DNA of 64,000 nucleotides from Octopus sinensis (lineage: Eukaryota). Positions within the stretch are counted from its first letter, which is position 1; each line of letters starts with the position of its first letter. The position numbers and the translations under genes are program-made. Below are positions 51,139 through 64,000 of the stretch, piece by piece. The notes beneath the pieces were generated by a model. It did not search any database, was not told the origin of the DNA, and saw only the letters and a list, made by a program, of their open reading frames with translations. The stretch spans positions 15,624,001-15,688,000 of the forward strand of contig NC_043003.1 of the NCBI RefSeq assembly GCF_006345805.1, written 5' to 3'.

Positions 51139-51238
51139 NNNNNNNNNNNNNNNNNNNNNNNNNNNNNNNNNNNNNNNNNNNNNNNNNNNNNNNNNNNNNN
51201 NNNNNNNNNNNNNNNNNNNNNNNNNNNNNNNNNNNNNN
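51139..51238. other. Assembly gap (100 N)
   Basis: Run of N; truncates a family-B head at ~51055-51138. Confidence 0.99.
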
Positions 51239-52184
51239 TATATATATATATGTATGTAGATTATATATTTATGTTATATTTATTTATGGTATATATATAT
51301 TTATGTATATATATATATGTAGTAGATATATATTTATGTATATATTTATGTATGTATATATATTTATGTATATATATATATATTTAATGATATATATATT
51401 GAGTTATCCGTTATATGGCAGGTAAATTAGAAAGCGTATTCATGCCCCCATGGGTGATACCTGGAATTAAGTCATGTATGCATGAAGTGATTATAATTTA
51501 ACTGTTATAAAATTCCTTGGTGCTGATACGAAATGATGGAATGAAGTCTAATTTTCAGAGGAAAAGTATTTCTTTCCTTAAATGTTTATTAAATGTTACA
51601 TTTCCCATTTCTATATTTGCAATAAATAATTATATGTTAATATTTTCTCAATTTTCTCAGTGTAATCCCTCTCTGCTTCATCGAAATTCTATCGCTACAA
51701 AATTTCATTAAAAGATATGTAATTTACAAATATATGCTGAGGCATCAAATTGTAGTTACACCTCCTTCACCCTCCCATCTCTCTCTCTCTCTCTCTCTCT
51801 CCGCAAATATATATCTGTCTCATCATTTTCCTCTTATCAAAGAATTTTCTTCCAGCGTTCGCTACCTTACCTCGTCTAACCTAACGGCCCTCCCTGTTTG
51901 TATTCGTTTCGTCTGTTGAATGTTCTGTTTTTGTTACCAGCTTTGACCCTCCACAAATCCCAAATTTCATTTCGGTTCTAGGGGTCAACTGCCTTCAAAG
52001 TCTTATCTTGTCGTTCATTGCTCGGAGTAAGTAGTAGAAGGACAACCGACAACTGATGAAGGGTCGTTTTTTATGTTCCTTGTCTTATTTGTTGCTCTCG
52101 TACCTTGCGTACCCAACATTATTTTCGTATTTCATGTTGTTTATGTTTTGTGGTGTCCTGTACCCTTATATGCATACCTATATA

Positions 52185-52905
52185 TCAGGTCATCCTGATA
52201 TATAGTTCTGTCCGATTTTACCATTTTCAAAACTGAATGAAATTTAATAGTATTTAAGAATACCTAATGGAATTAAAAATTATTTTTATGCATTTGTGTA
52301 CATTTAAACTAATTAATATTATTTTACAGAATAATAGGATTAAAATTTCTTTGATTAAAACCCTTTGTAACATGGAAGTATCCAAAGAGCATTTGAGGCA
52401 CATATTGCTTTATGAGTACAAAAAAGGAAACTCTGCCGTCGAAGCGACTGGAAACACACAATCAGTTTATGGGAAAGAATGCTTGAATGAAAGAACTTGT
52501 AGAAGATGGTTTGCAAAATTCAGAAGCGGAGATTTCAGCCTTGAAGATGAAGACCGAACAGGACGTCCAGTTGAATTTGATGATAAGCTCCTTGAGGCAT
52601 TACTTGAAGAAAATCCTGCATTATCAGTTGAAGAATTGGCAACAAAGCTTAGTTCAAACTATACAACTGTTCATCGTCATCATCAACAACTTGGAAAGAT
52701 TCCTAAACATGAAAAATGGGTGCCTCATGAATTATCCAAAAGCAACCGCAGATGAATTATCCAAAATCCCGATCTCTCTATTCTCGCGAACTCATTTCAC
52801 CCTTTTTTGATAGACTTCTGACTGGTGACGAAAAATGGATCTTATATCGAAATGTTAAACGTTGTAGACAGTGGCTTGGTAAAAGGGAAAAAGCTCAACC
52901 ACAAC
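52185..52905 (+). mobile_element. 3'-truncated mariner with transposase pseudogene
   Basis: ATG at 52372; RHILLYEY..G, W F.KFRSGDFSLEDE.R.GRP, WVPHEL, and after a frameshift LLTGDEKW (first catalytic D); no second TIR seen. Confidence 0.9.
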
Positions 52906-53859
52906 CGTGCTGCACGAAATTTTGCCAGTCAACAGGTCGCGGTCTCAAAGCGACAAAAATATTTTGGCAATTTAAATTTAAATGTTGAAGTGAATCTAAC
53001 GGTTTTTGATCTGCAATTATATATATATATAATATAAGTAAGATTGTTCTTGATATTAAGATTGTTCTTGATATTAACTTTGATGCGCACTCTTAACCTT
53101 TCTGTCCCATCTCTTTCTCAGCCTTCATTCTTTGATTTCCTTTTCCTCTACTTAACTTGTCTCTCCCTCTCTCTCATTCTTCACTTTCTCTCTCTCCCCC
53201 TCTCTCAGTCTTCCTCACAACCATTCCACTTTCTTCTCTCCCTTTCTCTTGCTCGTCGTCCCCCCTCCCGTCGTTGACCCGCGACGAGACTTCCGCTACT
53301 GTTTTTTCTAGCTTGACCTTCTCAAGGTGTGGACGGCAATTCCTTTTGCTCCGTTCGTCGTTCACAGAAATCAGCGTTCGTAATACTTTTTTTCGTTCGG
53401 CGTTAACAGCCCTTCTTATCTTGTTTTTCCTTGTCCTGTCTTTTACCGCTTATATTTTGTACTGTCGTTACTGTCCTGTTTTTGTTACCATGTTTACCCC
53501 TCTGCGAAAAGATCTCAAATTTTAACTGATTTGCTTTTCGCAGGAAGGAAAGTTTCTTATCGAAGATACGTCTCGCCTTCACCTTCGAAACGTAGAGTAG
53601 ATGAAACCATGGCGACTGAAGAAGGGTTTTTTCCTTGTGTTAATTGTCCTGTACTCTATATTTTTGTTGTTAAAAAAATGTCCAGTTCCTTGGGTTTGTG
53701 TCTATGTTTTCGTTTCTCATTGTGTTGGACGTTTTTTTTTGGTGTCCTGTACTCATATATGCGTGTATATATACATGTAGAGACTGGTACGTACATATAT
53801 GTATATATATATGCATATGTTTTATTTATTAATATATATATATGTATATAATATATAAT

Positions 53860-53903
<44 letters not shown>

Positions 53904-54287
53904 ATATATATGGTGATATCATCAAGATTAACACAGTATGACCTGGCAGAAGGGGCCCAGTTAGAAATTTCTTCAGGTTGAATAGCCTACCCCGCTTAAA
54001 TGGTCCCTGAGTAAGGTTTGTTTAAAGATGTTGAACGAAACACCCATGTTTCCAGAGGTGAATCATTCAAACCCCAAAGTATTCCTCTCATCACATAGCT
54101 ATAATGCACCCCCACTACTTCTGCTCGTGATCAGAGATGTACATATCGTGAGAAAATCTGTGGTATTGAGCAGAATATTTGCTGTAGCCCATCATTTTAT
54201 ACCAAGACAAAACAATGTACATGATAACACTTCCAACCACTTAAGAGAAGAAGCCATGAAAGCCACTGCCTGGTACTGCATCCGGAC

Positions 54288-54335
<48 letters not shown>

Positions 54336-55569
54336 CATCATCATTATTATCTCCCTTTAATTTAGCCTCTTTTTTCCGAACATTGCACTATGTTGAACCA
54401 TTAATCTCCACACATTTTTTTTGCTCTCCGTATTTTTTCATTCTTTCTCGCCTTCCCCCACTCTTAATCCGTTCTGTCGAAGGCTAGCGTAGGCTAGAAG
54501 CGTTAAAGGCTTTTCCATTCTTCCCGAGCGTTAAGCTAATACACATGTTTGCTGTTACTACGCCTACCTTCATTTTTGGTTTCCTGTAAATTTTAACAAC
54601 ACACACACACACACACATTGTGTAGATATGTAGATATGTATATGATGCATATAAATGTAATTTGTAAATAAATAACTCATTTCGGAATGTAAACAAAATA
54701 ATATTATTTGAAAGTTTACGAGAGTTGAATTTGAAATGAATATCCAATTTACAATTACATTTACGTATATCTTTCATATGACAAATATCATATTTTCATG
54801 ATACTGACGCTGAGAGTCAGAACAGAAATTTATAATAATGATTTCTAACAACCAGCATCTAAGCACTAACTTATTCCTAGTGTTCCTTTACTTATTGCAT
54901 GCCACCAAGCCTAGTATAATACACTTAACCTTCAATTCTTGTGTAAACTCTCTGCGTCTCTCTTTTACTCTCTGTATGCAATCTAATGCGTGATTGGAAA
55001 AAAGGAACCAGCATATATATTGGTTATTATATACGTACAAAATTGCAAATATATGTTTGTAAGTTTGTATATCACAGTATCACGGTATCGACCAAAACCA
55101 TTAAATGCTGTTATACATCACCAGTCACAATGCACTTCCGATTCTCTCTTGACTGCTCCATTCTTTTCCGCCCTAACCCAAATCGTTTTCCCATCGTGGT
55201 GGAGGCCTTCCAAGTGGCTTTTTCTTATTTCTTGGATACCACTCGAGTCCATCCCTTCCGTTTAGCTAGTTTCCAGCCTCTAGCGAATATACTGCGGTCT
55301 CGCTTCCATGAGGAAATCCTTCCGTAGGATCAGTAGTTCGGTATCTTTGGAGTTTGGTTGGACCTGCAAGGGCATACACCCCGATACCATAGCAACCGAA
55401 CAACCGTTGCCACTGTTGTACCACTATAAAGTACTGAAATAGTATTTCGAAACGGAAAGAGAGTAAACACACACACACATACATAATTGAATAAGCTGGG
55501 GTCAGTAAGGAGTACAGAACATTTATTTGTAATCACTAGAATTTTTTACACGCAACGTAATTCTCATGT

Positions 55570-55605
<36 letters not shown>

Positions 55606-55608
55606 GTA

Positions 55609-55644
<36 letters not shown>

Positions 55645-55760
55645 GTAGTAGTAATAATAATAATAATAGTAGTAATAATAATAATATAATAATAATAATA
55701 ATAATAGTAGTAATAATAATAATAATAATAATAATATAATAATAATATAATAATAAATTT
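55570..55760. repeat. (AAT)n/(AGT)n microsatellite
   Basis: Direct repeats. Confidence 0.95.
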
Positions 55761-55789
55761 TATATATATATATATATATAATATATATA

Positions 55790-56456
55790 TATACAAAAAT
55801 GGGACAAACGCAAAACATCCAGACAGACGATACGAAGAAAACAAGGACGGTTCATTCGGAGTTTTTTTCCTCAGTTGAGTTCTAGATTATCTTTGCAATT
55901 TTGGCTGGTTATACTCGAAATTGCTCCAATCTGGCCAGCCCCAAGGAAAAACTAAGCTAAGAGCATTAGATTCCTTGGAAGAAAGCAGCGAATGTATACA
56001 AAAACAAGGACAGAAAAAAAACAAAGAAATGTTACATAAATATAAATGCAATTAACAGGACATAGCAACATGTTCTTTCGACTAAGGAAGAATTAAGCTG
56101 GCGTGTGTGGAAGTATAGCCTTACGGCAGGTTCATGAGATTCAACAGGCATGGGGAGGAATATAGATGTTGCACGGATGGTAGTCGAACCAAGAAAAAAA
56201 GGTCAAGCCTGGCCGAACACCGGTCACGTGGGGAAAGAGAGGTAGAGGCAGAGGGATAGAAGAATTAAGAGGAGTTGAGAAAAAAATGAAAGACACAGTA
56301 AAGTGAAAGAGGAGGTAAAGTGAGCATGAAGAGAAGGCCAGGAAATGTGAGAGAAGGGAAACGAAAGAACGAAGAGTGGAATGAACGAAGTGTGAAAGGG
56401 CTGATAGAAAGAAGGAAATAATGAAAGATTAGAAAGAATGATAGTCATACAAAATT

Positions 56457-56460
<4 letters not shown>
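55790..56460. mobile_element. Interspersed repeat, probably Penelope-like (longer copy of 14648-14885)
   Basis: Similarity within the window; starts at (TA)n; class inferred. Confidence 0.45.
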
Positions 56461-56488
<28 letters not shown>

Positions 56489-56959
56489 CTTACATATAAG
56501 AGATCAAAGTGTACGTACGCTGCTATATTTTATATATAAAAAATACATGCATATATTGGTACAGGATGTCACTGATTGTGCAAACAACATGAAATACTTA
56601 AACAAACGAGTTAAATACGCAAACAACGAGAAAAATGGAAAACATGACAAGTAAACACAGAGAAACGGACCTTCATCATTGTCGGCTGTCTATCTACTCC
56701 TCATTTCGAGCATTCAACGATAATATGAGTCTTCAAAGACAGTTGCTCCCATAAATTCTAAAATAAAATTCAGGATTTATGGAGGGTCAAAGTTGGGAAC
56801 AAAATAATAACAGTGGAGATATACAAGGAAACCGAACGAAAACAAACATAGAGGGCCGTTAGACCAGAGCGAGAGGAAAATAGTGGATGCCTTTATATCC
56901 ACACACACACACACACACACACAAATATATATATATATAAAACTTAGATAAAACTTTAT

Positions 56960-57230
56960 ATGTTTCGACCAAAGATTGGTCCAGGCCATGTCTAACTTAA
57001 TAGCACCACCTAATAGGATTATTCGAATCCTGTTTAAGTCAAGTTTTGTTTATGGTCCATTCAAGTAATGAGTTCTTGTTGGGTGAGTTGTATCCAATTA
57101 TGGATGGCTTATCTGTTATTCTTTGAAGGAATCTATCCAGATCCGTTTAAAGTTGATGGAATCCTTTTCCTCTTTGATCTCCCTCGAGACAATGTTAAAT
57201 AGGGCAAGGCCTGTTGAGGAAGGTATTTAA
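56960..57230 (-). mobile_element. CR1-type LINE 3' end
   Basis: Frameshifted STGLALFNIVSREIKEEK..FKR / LDRFLQRITDKP.I.GYNSPNKNSLLEW* (stop at 57039-57041), followed by a short 3' UTR. Confidence 0.65.
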
Positions 57231-57774
57231 AACGAAATTTAAGCCTTAGAAATATTGCTTCCAAAATAGGGTTAGGCTTGACCAGAAGCACAGGATCTGA
57301 GTCTTAACATTGTGTAGTGTTACCAATCGCAATGGAAAACACTGTAGAACATTCACATGTCTATTATATTTCGTAGCGAAATTTTATTACTTATGTTTAG
57401 TAACCAGGGTTAAGACAGATATTATATTGAAATAATTGTTTCTAATTTAGGCTTAAACTGTCCGAAGTTTTGAGTGGGGGCGCGTTAATCGATATCATCA
57501 CCGCAATAGCTGGCTGATATGTTATTATTCGACTGCGAAGCATGAGCGGCACAGCTGACCTTACTGGATTTGAACTCAGAATATAAAGTGTCAAAGGTTC
57601 TTCCAAACACTAGCGATGGATTAGGAGCCTGTTTAAATTAGAGCTCTACAAATTTAGCTGATCAGTCCGAACTTTCAAAGCATGCATGTGGTTAAAAGTG
57701 GATACGTGTTACTGATGACGTGCATGGCACAGAAAACATGGTTTAGCAACTCTGCTTCTGTTGCTGAAAAGCGT

Positions 57775-58202
57775 TTACGTCTGTTTCGAAACACATTTGT
57801 CCATTTTTGTATCTATATGAGAAGCTTTCTCAACACAACTGCTGCAGTTTTGTAGCTTTTTGTAGTTTTTCCACATTAAGTAAAATACACAGAATGCTAA
57901 TTTACGAACAAATAAAAATATAATGTAATTGAAAATCAAAAACCTGCGTTGCTCAGTAGTGTCTAGCACTGTTATGTCAGTGGTTCTTTTATTGTTTTCA
58001 ACCATTATTGGAGCTGTGAGCTCTCAGTCTCCAACTGCGCTGTATTTGTTGAAATATAGTTCTCATCTACAAAACGGTAACCTTTTATAACCTTTTGAAT
58101 ACAAATATGACTGACGATTACAAGAGGTTGTTTTGGTTCAACGTATATCAAAACATGCTCAATTAAAATACGTGCGTCTGCTTTGTAATAATATCTCATA
58201 TG
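57775..58202 (-). CDS. Weak candidate terminal exon or pseudo-exon (possible membrane-protein stalk, TM and tail; needs one frameshift near 58020)
   Basis: Acceptor ttttcccagttttccattccgtcgcag; phase-0 frame open to 58005; overlapping frame gives a Thr-rich stretch, hydrophobic segment and basic tail; no homology recognised. Confidence 0.22.
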
Positions 58203-58328
58203 CTGCGACGGAATGGAAAACTGGGAAAACTTTATACAGTGCGGGAAAAGTTCAAGAACTACACATCGGTTTGCACACATACATGCATGCGTACATACGC
58301 ACACACATATTATTGTTTAATAATATAT

Positions 58329-58374
<46 letters not shown>

Positions 58375-58640
58375 CCATATATCTTCATATCTATCCTTTT
58401 ATACACTAGGCACAAGGCCTAAACTTTTTGGGAGAGGACCCAGTCGATTAGATCGACCCCAGTACGCAACGGTTCTTAATTTATCGATCCCGAAAGGATG
58501 AAAGGCAAAGTCGACTCGGCGGAATTTGAACTCAGAACATAAGACATGAAATACCTCTAAGCATTTAATGACTGTGTTTTACCAGTAAGCTACCAGGTAT
58601 AAACCATTCTTAATATCTAATATATATATATATATATATG

Positions 58641-58674
<34 letters not shown>

Positions 58675-59222
58675 ATATATATATATATATATATATACAT
58701 ATGTATACATTAAAAGTTAAATAGCTACAGCCTCTTGTAAATAGCAGTAATGTGATTAATGTGGCAAATACCTAATCATATAACAAGAATTGATACCTAC
58801 CTACTCATTGTGTTCAACCATTGATAAATTTATCGCCTGTGAATATGAAATTCCTCTTCATTTCTCTGGAATTTACATCTACACCACCATTGGAAATTGT
58901 GCATCTATACAAAGGATTAATTCACCCTCTCTGTAATGCTAATAAGCAGGATTGAGACCCACCTCGTTGTGATTAACAATGGATAAATTTGTCTTCTGTG
59001 AGTATGTAATCCCTCATCATATCTCTGGAAATTCATATGTGCACTATGGATTAGGTCACCTTCTCTGTGATGCTATTAAAACTTTTTTTAAATTCTGTGA
59101 TAAGACTGTACATCATCTTAAAGAACTTTAATGACTTTGGAAATCTGTTTTATGTTACTTATTTATCTACATTACTTATTCATGAGTATAGCCTCAACCA
59201 CTAGGATGTCTAGAGAACTCAC

Positions 59223-59366
59223 ATGTATTTTAGCTGATGAGTCGGACAGGACACGTTTATATGCTGTAATTTTTGCAACTTTTAATAAAGCCTGTCTTGA
59301 TGAAACGATTGTACTAAAACCTATCCATATCTGTTGCTTCTTCTCGCTTATATAACACCACCCCAC
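59223..59366 (-). CDS. Weak candidate coding exon (unidentified)
   Basis: Open frame ending at a phase-0 donor CAT|GTGAGT; no homology recognised. Confidence 0.2.
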
Positions 59367-60180
59367 TATTACTGTATTGTTAACAGTATAGTTTTTTTTG
59401 GTGCATCTAAGTTAGTACCATATTCAAGTAAATTCATTTAAATTAACTTGAATCTTTATTGTTTTTGTATAATATATATATATATATGATTAATAATATC
59501 AGGGTAATAAAGATTTTAGAAATTTTTACTACCAGTGGACTAGCGTGTAGAAAAATTAGTCAATAGACTATATATTATTCATATAAAATATAAAATATGT
59601 ACACTGTATTTTATACATATATATTGGGTCTCATATATGTTCTTTTAAATGTTTTGAATATATGCGTATGTGTGTGCGAGTGTGCGTTTGCATGCGTGCG
59701 TGTGTGCGTGTGGTGATGTGTGTGTACGCACTTGTATAGTCAGTGTTTTCCTTATATTCCATCTTTTATTTAATCTTTTCTGACGAGTTCTTTGCTGTCG
59801 GTTTCTAACAATAATTTCGCACATTCATCATGGACGTCTTTAGATTTTCCTAGTCATATATTTTACATGAAGCAAAGTCGGTTTGTGTAGCTGCTTGTTT
59901 ATAGCTAAGAGTTGGAATTTTCGATCGTTAGATATAAACATCTTTAGTGAGGTGTTCTTTCTGGAGAATAAATTACGTAATGTTTGTATTTGATTTAGCA
60001 TTCCTATAGGTGCAGCCATGGCAGTTTGGTTAAGAAGCTTGCTTTGCAGTTTAGTGGTTTCATGTTTAATCCCAGTGCGCAGTATTTTGAGCAAGTGTTT
60101 TCTGCTACTACCTTGATCAATGCCTTCTGAGTGAATTTGGTAAAGGGAAATTGTGTGGAAGCCCGGCGTACATACATATA

Positions 60181-60746
60181 TTGGGTTGTCCTGAAAGTTC
60201 GTGCCCAATTATTGTAGCTTAACTTTCAACTTATTTTAGAACATGGTTGAGTCCATAAAATAGGATTTCACTACACCTCCATTTAGAGCACAGTTTAAGC
60301 TGTCTTTTCGTGGAAGAAGGTTTCTTTTCCTATAACATGTGTTAATTCTGTAACCCTTTGAAATGGAAGATAAGAAAGTTCATTTTCGGCACTTAATGCT
60401 TTGGGAACCAGACAAAAATTGCTGCAGCTCAGCTGGGATGTGTTACCCCACCCTCCATATTCACCAGATATTGCTCCTTCGGATTTCCACTTATTCAGGT
60501 CACTGCAGAATAGTCTTAATGGTAAAAATTTCAATTCCTTGGATGACGTAAAAAAATACATTGATGAATTCTTTGCCACGAAACCACCTCAATTCTGGGA
60601 AGAGGGTATTTTCAAGTTAAAGGAAAGATGGAGACGCATTGTGCAACAAAATCGTTCATATTTGGTTGATTAAAAATGTAATGACAAGTATTTATTGACC
60701 TTTTTCTTTCCTTTAAAAATCAACACGAACTTTCCGGACAACCCAA
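60181..60746 (+). mobile_element. Internally deleted mariner (both TIRs, TA TSD)
   Basis: TIRs ttgggttgtcc(t/g)gaaagttcgtg; TA at 60179-60180 and 60747-60748; MEDKKVHFRHLMLWE fused near 60406 to ...HPPYSPDIAPSDFHLFRSLQ... C-terminus. Confidence 0.95.
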
Positions 60747-60908
60747 TATTACCTCCCGCTCGCCTTCTAAAATTGTTGGTCTTGTGGCAACATTTGAAAC
60801 CATTATTTCCTGCAATGGAAATAAGTAAGCTATATCATTTTTATTAAAAAATCAGTGGAGTAGGTGTGTCGTAAGTGGCTTGCTTACCAATCACATGGTT
60901 CTGCGTTC

Positions 60909-60940
<32 letters not shown>

Positions 60941-60943
60941 TGA

Positions 60944-61266
60944 AGGCACATGGCTCAGTGGTTAGAGTGTCGAGTTTACGACCGTAAGGTTGTGAGTTTG
61001 AATCCTGGACCGGGCTGCGTGTTGTGTTCTTGAGCAAGACACTTTATTTCACGTTGCTCCAGTTCACTCAGCAGTAGAAATGAGTTGCGACGTCAAGCTG
61101 TATTGGCCTTTGCCTTTCCCTTGGATAACATCAGTAGTGGAGAGATGGGAGGCTTGTATGCATGGGCAACTGCTGACCTTCCATAAACAACCGTGCCCGG
61201 ACTTGTGCCTGGGATGGTATCTTTCCAGATGCAATCCCATGGTCAGTCATGACCGAAGGGGGTCTC
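60944..61266 (+). mobile_element. Family-C SINE (different 3' part)
   Basis: Head plus gcaagacactttatttcacgttgctccag core. Confidence 0.8.
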
Positions 61267-63085
61267 AATATATACACGATGACTTCTTTATATGCCCGGA
61301 ACTAGCACCTGCACACCCATTCGGTTTTATTGACAATCTACTCATTTGCTCATTTGCTCAGTTGCTCACTTGTTTCTATATACTTTTATGTATTCACACC
61401 CTTGTTTATGCAATTAGCATCTTTTTCTACTTGATAATCTGTACCACTAATACATGTGTGTGTATTCATCCAAAACATTTGAATAAATAGACATACTGGA
61501 ATGTTTACCGGCTGATGTCTGTCGATTTTATGGGATCGATTTGTTCGACTAAGAGGCGGTGCTCCAGAATGGCCTTAATAAAATGATTGAAACAAATGAG
61601 AGAATTGAAGTTAGAAAGTTATTTTCGTTTTCAACTGACCAATATTTGTAAGCTCAGTTTTAGAACACGGACGAGTAAAATATTTCTAGCGTATTTACAC
61701 GAGTGACACAGCATCATCTCTAATATTATGTCTCGGTTAAAAGATCTGAAGGAAACTTATGCATTTAAAAGCGCCAAATCATTTCGAAGCACCGTGTCTG
61801 GTGATCCACCGACATTTTAAAGGAGATTTCGTGTGTTTAACACATAAGTCACTTTTAGATTTCTCAGACACAAAACGATTGCGGCAACCGTCGTTCCGCG
61901 TTTGTAAACGCATTATAAATAACATACACAGCAGTATTTTACTCTAAGGCTGTCTGAACTGTCTGAAGTACATATATAAATTTAATTATAGCCTGGGTAG
62001 CTGTTGCACAAATAGTAAATGTTCTTTTTAACGATTTTCATTTAAAACAATATTTTTCTACTTAGTTCAGTTCGTTTGGAGTATTCATCCTTGAGGAGAT
62101 GAAACCAAGTCGAAACGCTGGCGATCCACAGGCATTCTTAGTGCAGCCTTGTGTTTTCGACACAAAACATTAGAGCTAGTGTCCTTCCACGTTCGTATCT
62201 TGTTTTTTATTTTTTATTTATTCAGCCAGTGAACTGCTGCCATTTTGGGTTATCGCCTTGAAGGTTTTTAGTCGAACAAATCGAATGCAGAACATTTTTA
62301 CATGTCTGGTCGAACCGCTAAATTACGGAGAGGTAAACAAACCAACAATGGTTGTCAAGTGTTCGGGGGAGAGAAACATAAAGACATACCCTCCACACGT
62401 GCGCGCGCATATGTGAGTTTCTCAACCACACAGCCATGCCTGCGCCTATACATATTATATATGTTGTACATATCGATATTTTAACTCAACGTTATTTCAA
62501 ATGCATATATCAATACATTGTTTCAGAAATATTATATGAGAAGATAAAATAATTAAGTACTTCTTAATGAAGTTGATTATTGTACGCGTAATTTTGGGGT
62601 TTTATTGTTTTTAATCAACTGAAGCCAGTAAGTTGAAAGTATAGCTATCACGCCGGACTAAATACTTCGCTACATTTCTCCTGGTTTTACGTTCTGAATT
62701 CAAATTCCACCGAGGTTGACTTTGCCTCTCATCTTTTCGGAGTTGATAAAATCAGAACTAGTTCAGAGCTGGGGTCGATGTAATCGGGTAACACCCTCAC
62801 CTCCCACCTCATGAAATTTGAGGATATGCACCTATTATAGAAAGGATCCTAAACCGAAAGAAATACCGCTAAGTATTTTGTCCGGTGCGGTAGTGGTCGA
62901 GCCATCTTTCCGCTTTAATTTGATTAGAGATAATTCAAATGCCAACGAGATCGACTTTGCCTTTCGTCTAATAGGCATCGATAAAATAAGTGCCGGGCTC
63001 GATGAAATCGATTAGCCTCCCCCTGCAAAATTTCAGGTATTGTACTGATAGTAGGAAGAATAATTTTTCAATCAACTGAAAGCAA

Positions 63086-63465
63086 GTGAGATGGCAGAAT
63101 CGTTAGCACGCCGGGCGAAATGCTTAGCGGTATTTCGTCTGCCGCTACGTTCTGAGTTCAAATTATGCCGAGGTCGACTTTACCTTTCATCCTTTCGGGG
63201 TCAATTAAATAAGTACCAGTTACGCACTGGGGTCGATGTAATCGACTTAATCCGTTTGTCTGTCCTTGTTTGTCCCTTCTGTGTTTAGACCCTTGTGGGT
63301 AGTAAAAAAAATAGGTGTTTCCATTGGTTTTACGTTCTGAGTTCAAATGCCACTGAGATCGATTAGCTTCTCATCCTTCCAGAATCGATAATATTAGTAC
63401 CAGATAAACATTAATTTCGATGTAATTGACTACACACCTCCAACAAAATTTCAAGCCTTGTACTT
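63086..63465 (+). mobile_element. Family-B SINE, tailed unit followed by an older-tail remainder
   Basis: Junction aaata|ggtgtttc at 63313/63314. Confidence 0.85.
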
Positions 63466-63807
63466 ATAATAGAAAAACACTGGATTCTTTCACATTTCAA
63501 GCTAGGTTTTAGGTCCCTTAATTCTCACCATCATCCATTCATTATCTCTCCAATAACTCAACACTCCCTTCTTCGCTAAAATTATCGTCCCAAACTTCTT
63601 TCAATCGCTGTATTGAACTGAAGACTTAAATATACAAAGAATGATAAATAACCGAACATTATTCGCCATAACTTCATTTATAACAATCTATAGAGCCGTG
63701 TCTAAATCGATTTAGCTTTCCTATCATATCATATTATGATAGATTATCCAGCTGATATATGACAGTACTCGCTTGATTTCTCACACTCTGTCTCTGTATA
63801 TATACAT

Positions 63808-63890
<83 letters not shown>

Positions 63891-64000
63891 CACACATGCG
63901 TGTGTTTGTGTGTGTGTATGTGTACGGGTACTGAAACAGCGCATTCATCTTGTTGTCTGTCACTTTCCCAATCTTTCTTTAAATATAAAACGAGACACTG

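Noticed and set aside
51135-51425. ORF across the N run
   Set aside because: Assembly gap plus microsatellite

Overview
AT-rich, repeat-dense eukaryotic genomic DNA with no intact, recognisable protein-coding gene. The tRNA-derived SINE families strongly suggest an octopus (coleoid cephalopod) genome; this is inferred from repeat content and was not checked against a database. The window is dominated by: three tRNA-headed SINE families (A: CORE-like with an internal microsatellite; B: Meta/MESC-like core; C); 5'-truncated LINE ends (L1/Tx1-type, CR1-type); Penelope-like termini with hammerhead-like motifs; two mariner relics; a Merlin-like MITE; pogo/Tigger- and Helitron-like remnants; many micro/minisatellites; and a 100-N gap. 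Almost all long ORFs in the supplied track are simple-repeat artefacts. The best host-gene signal is a + strand promoter (CRE, ETS/CRE composite, TATA, Inr) with a non-coding first exon at about 2130-2191; its downstream coding exons could not be identified. The most interesting system is a SINE-LINE partnership. Young family-B SINEs carry the same 3' tail as an L1/Tx1-type LINE present in the window, and they repeatedly insert at fixed positions inside older family-B heads, building nested multimers. Boundaries of old repeats are approximate.
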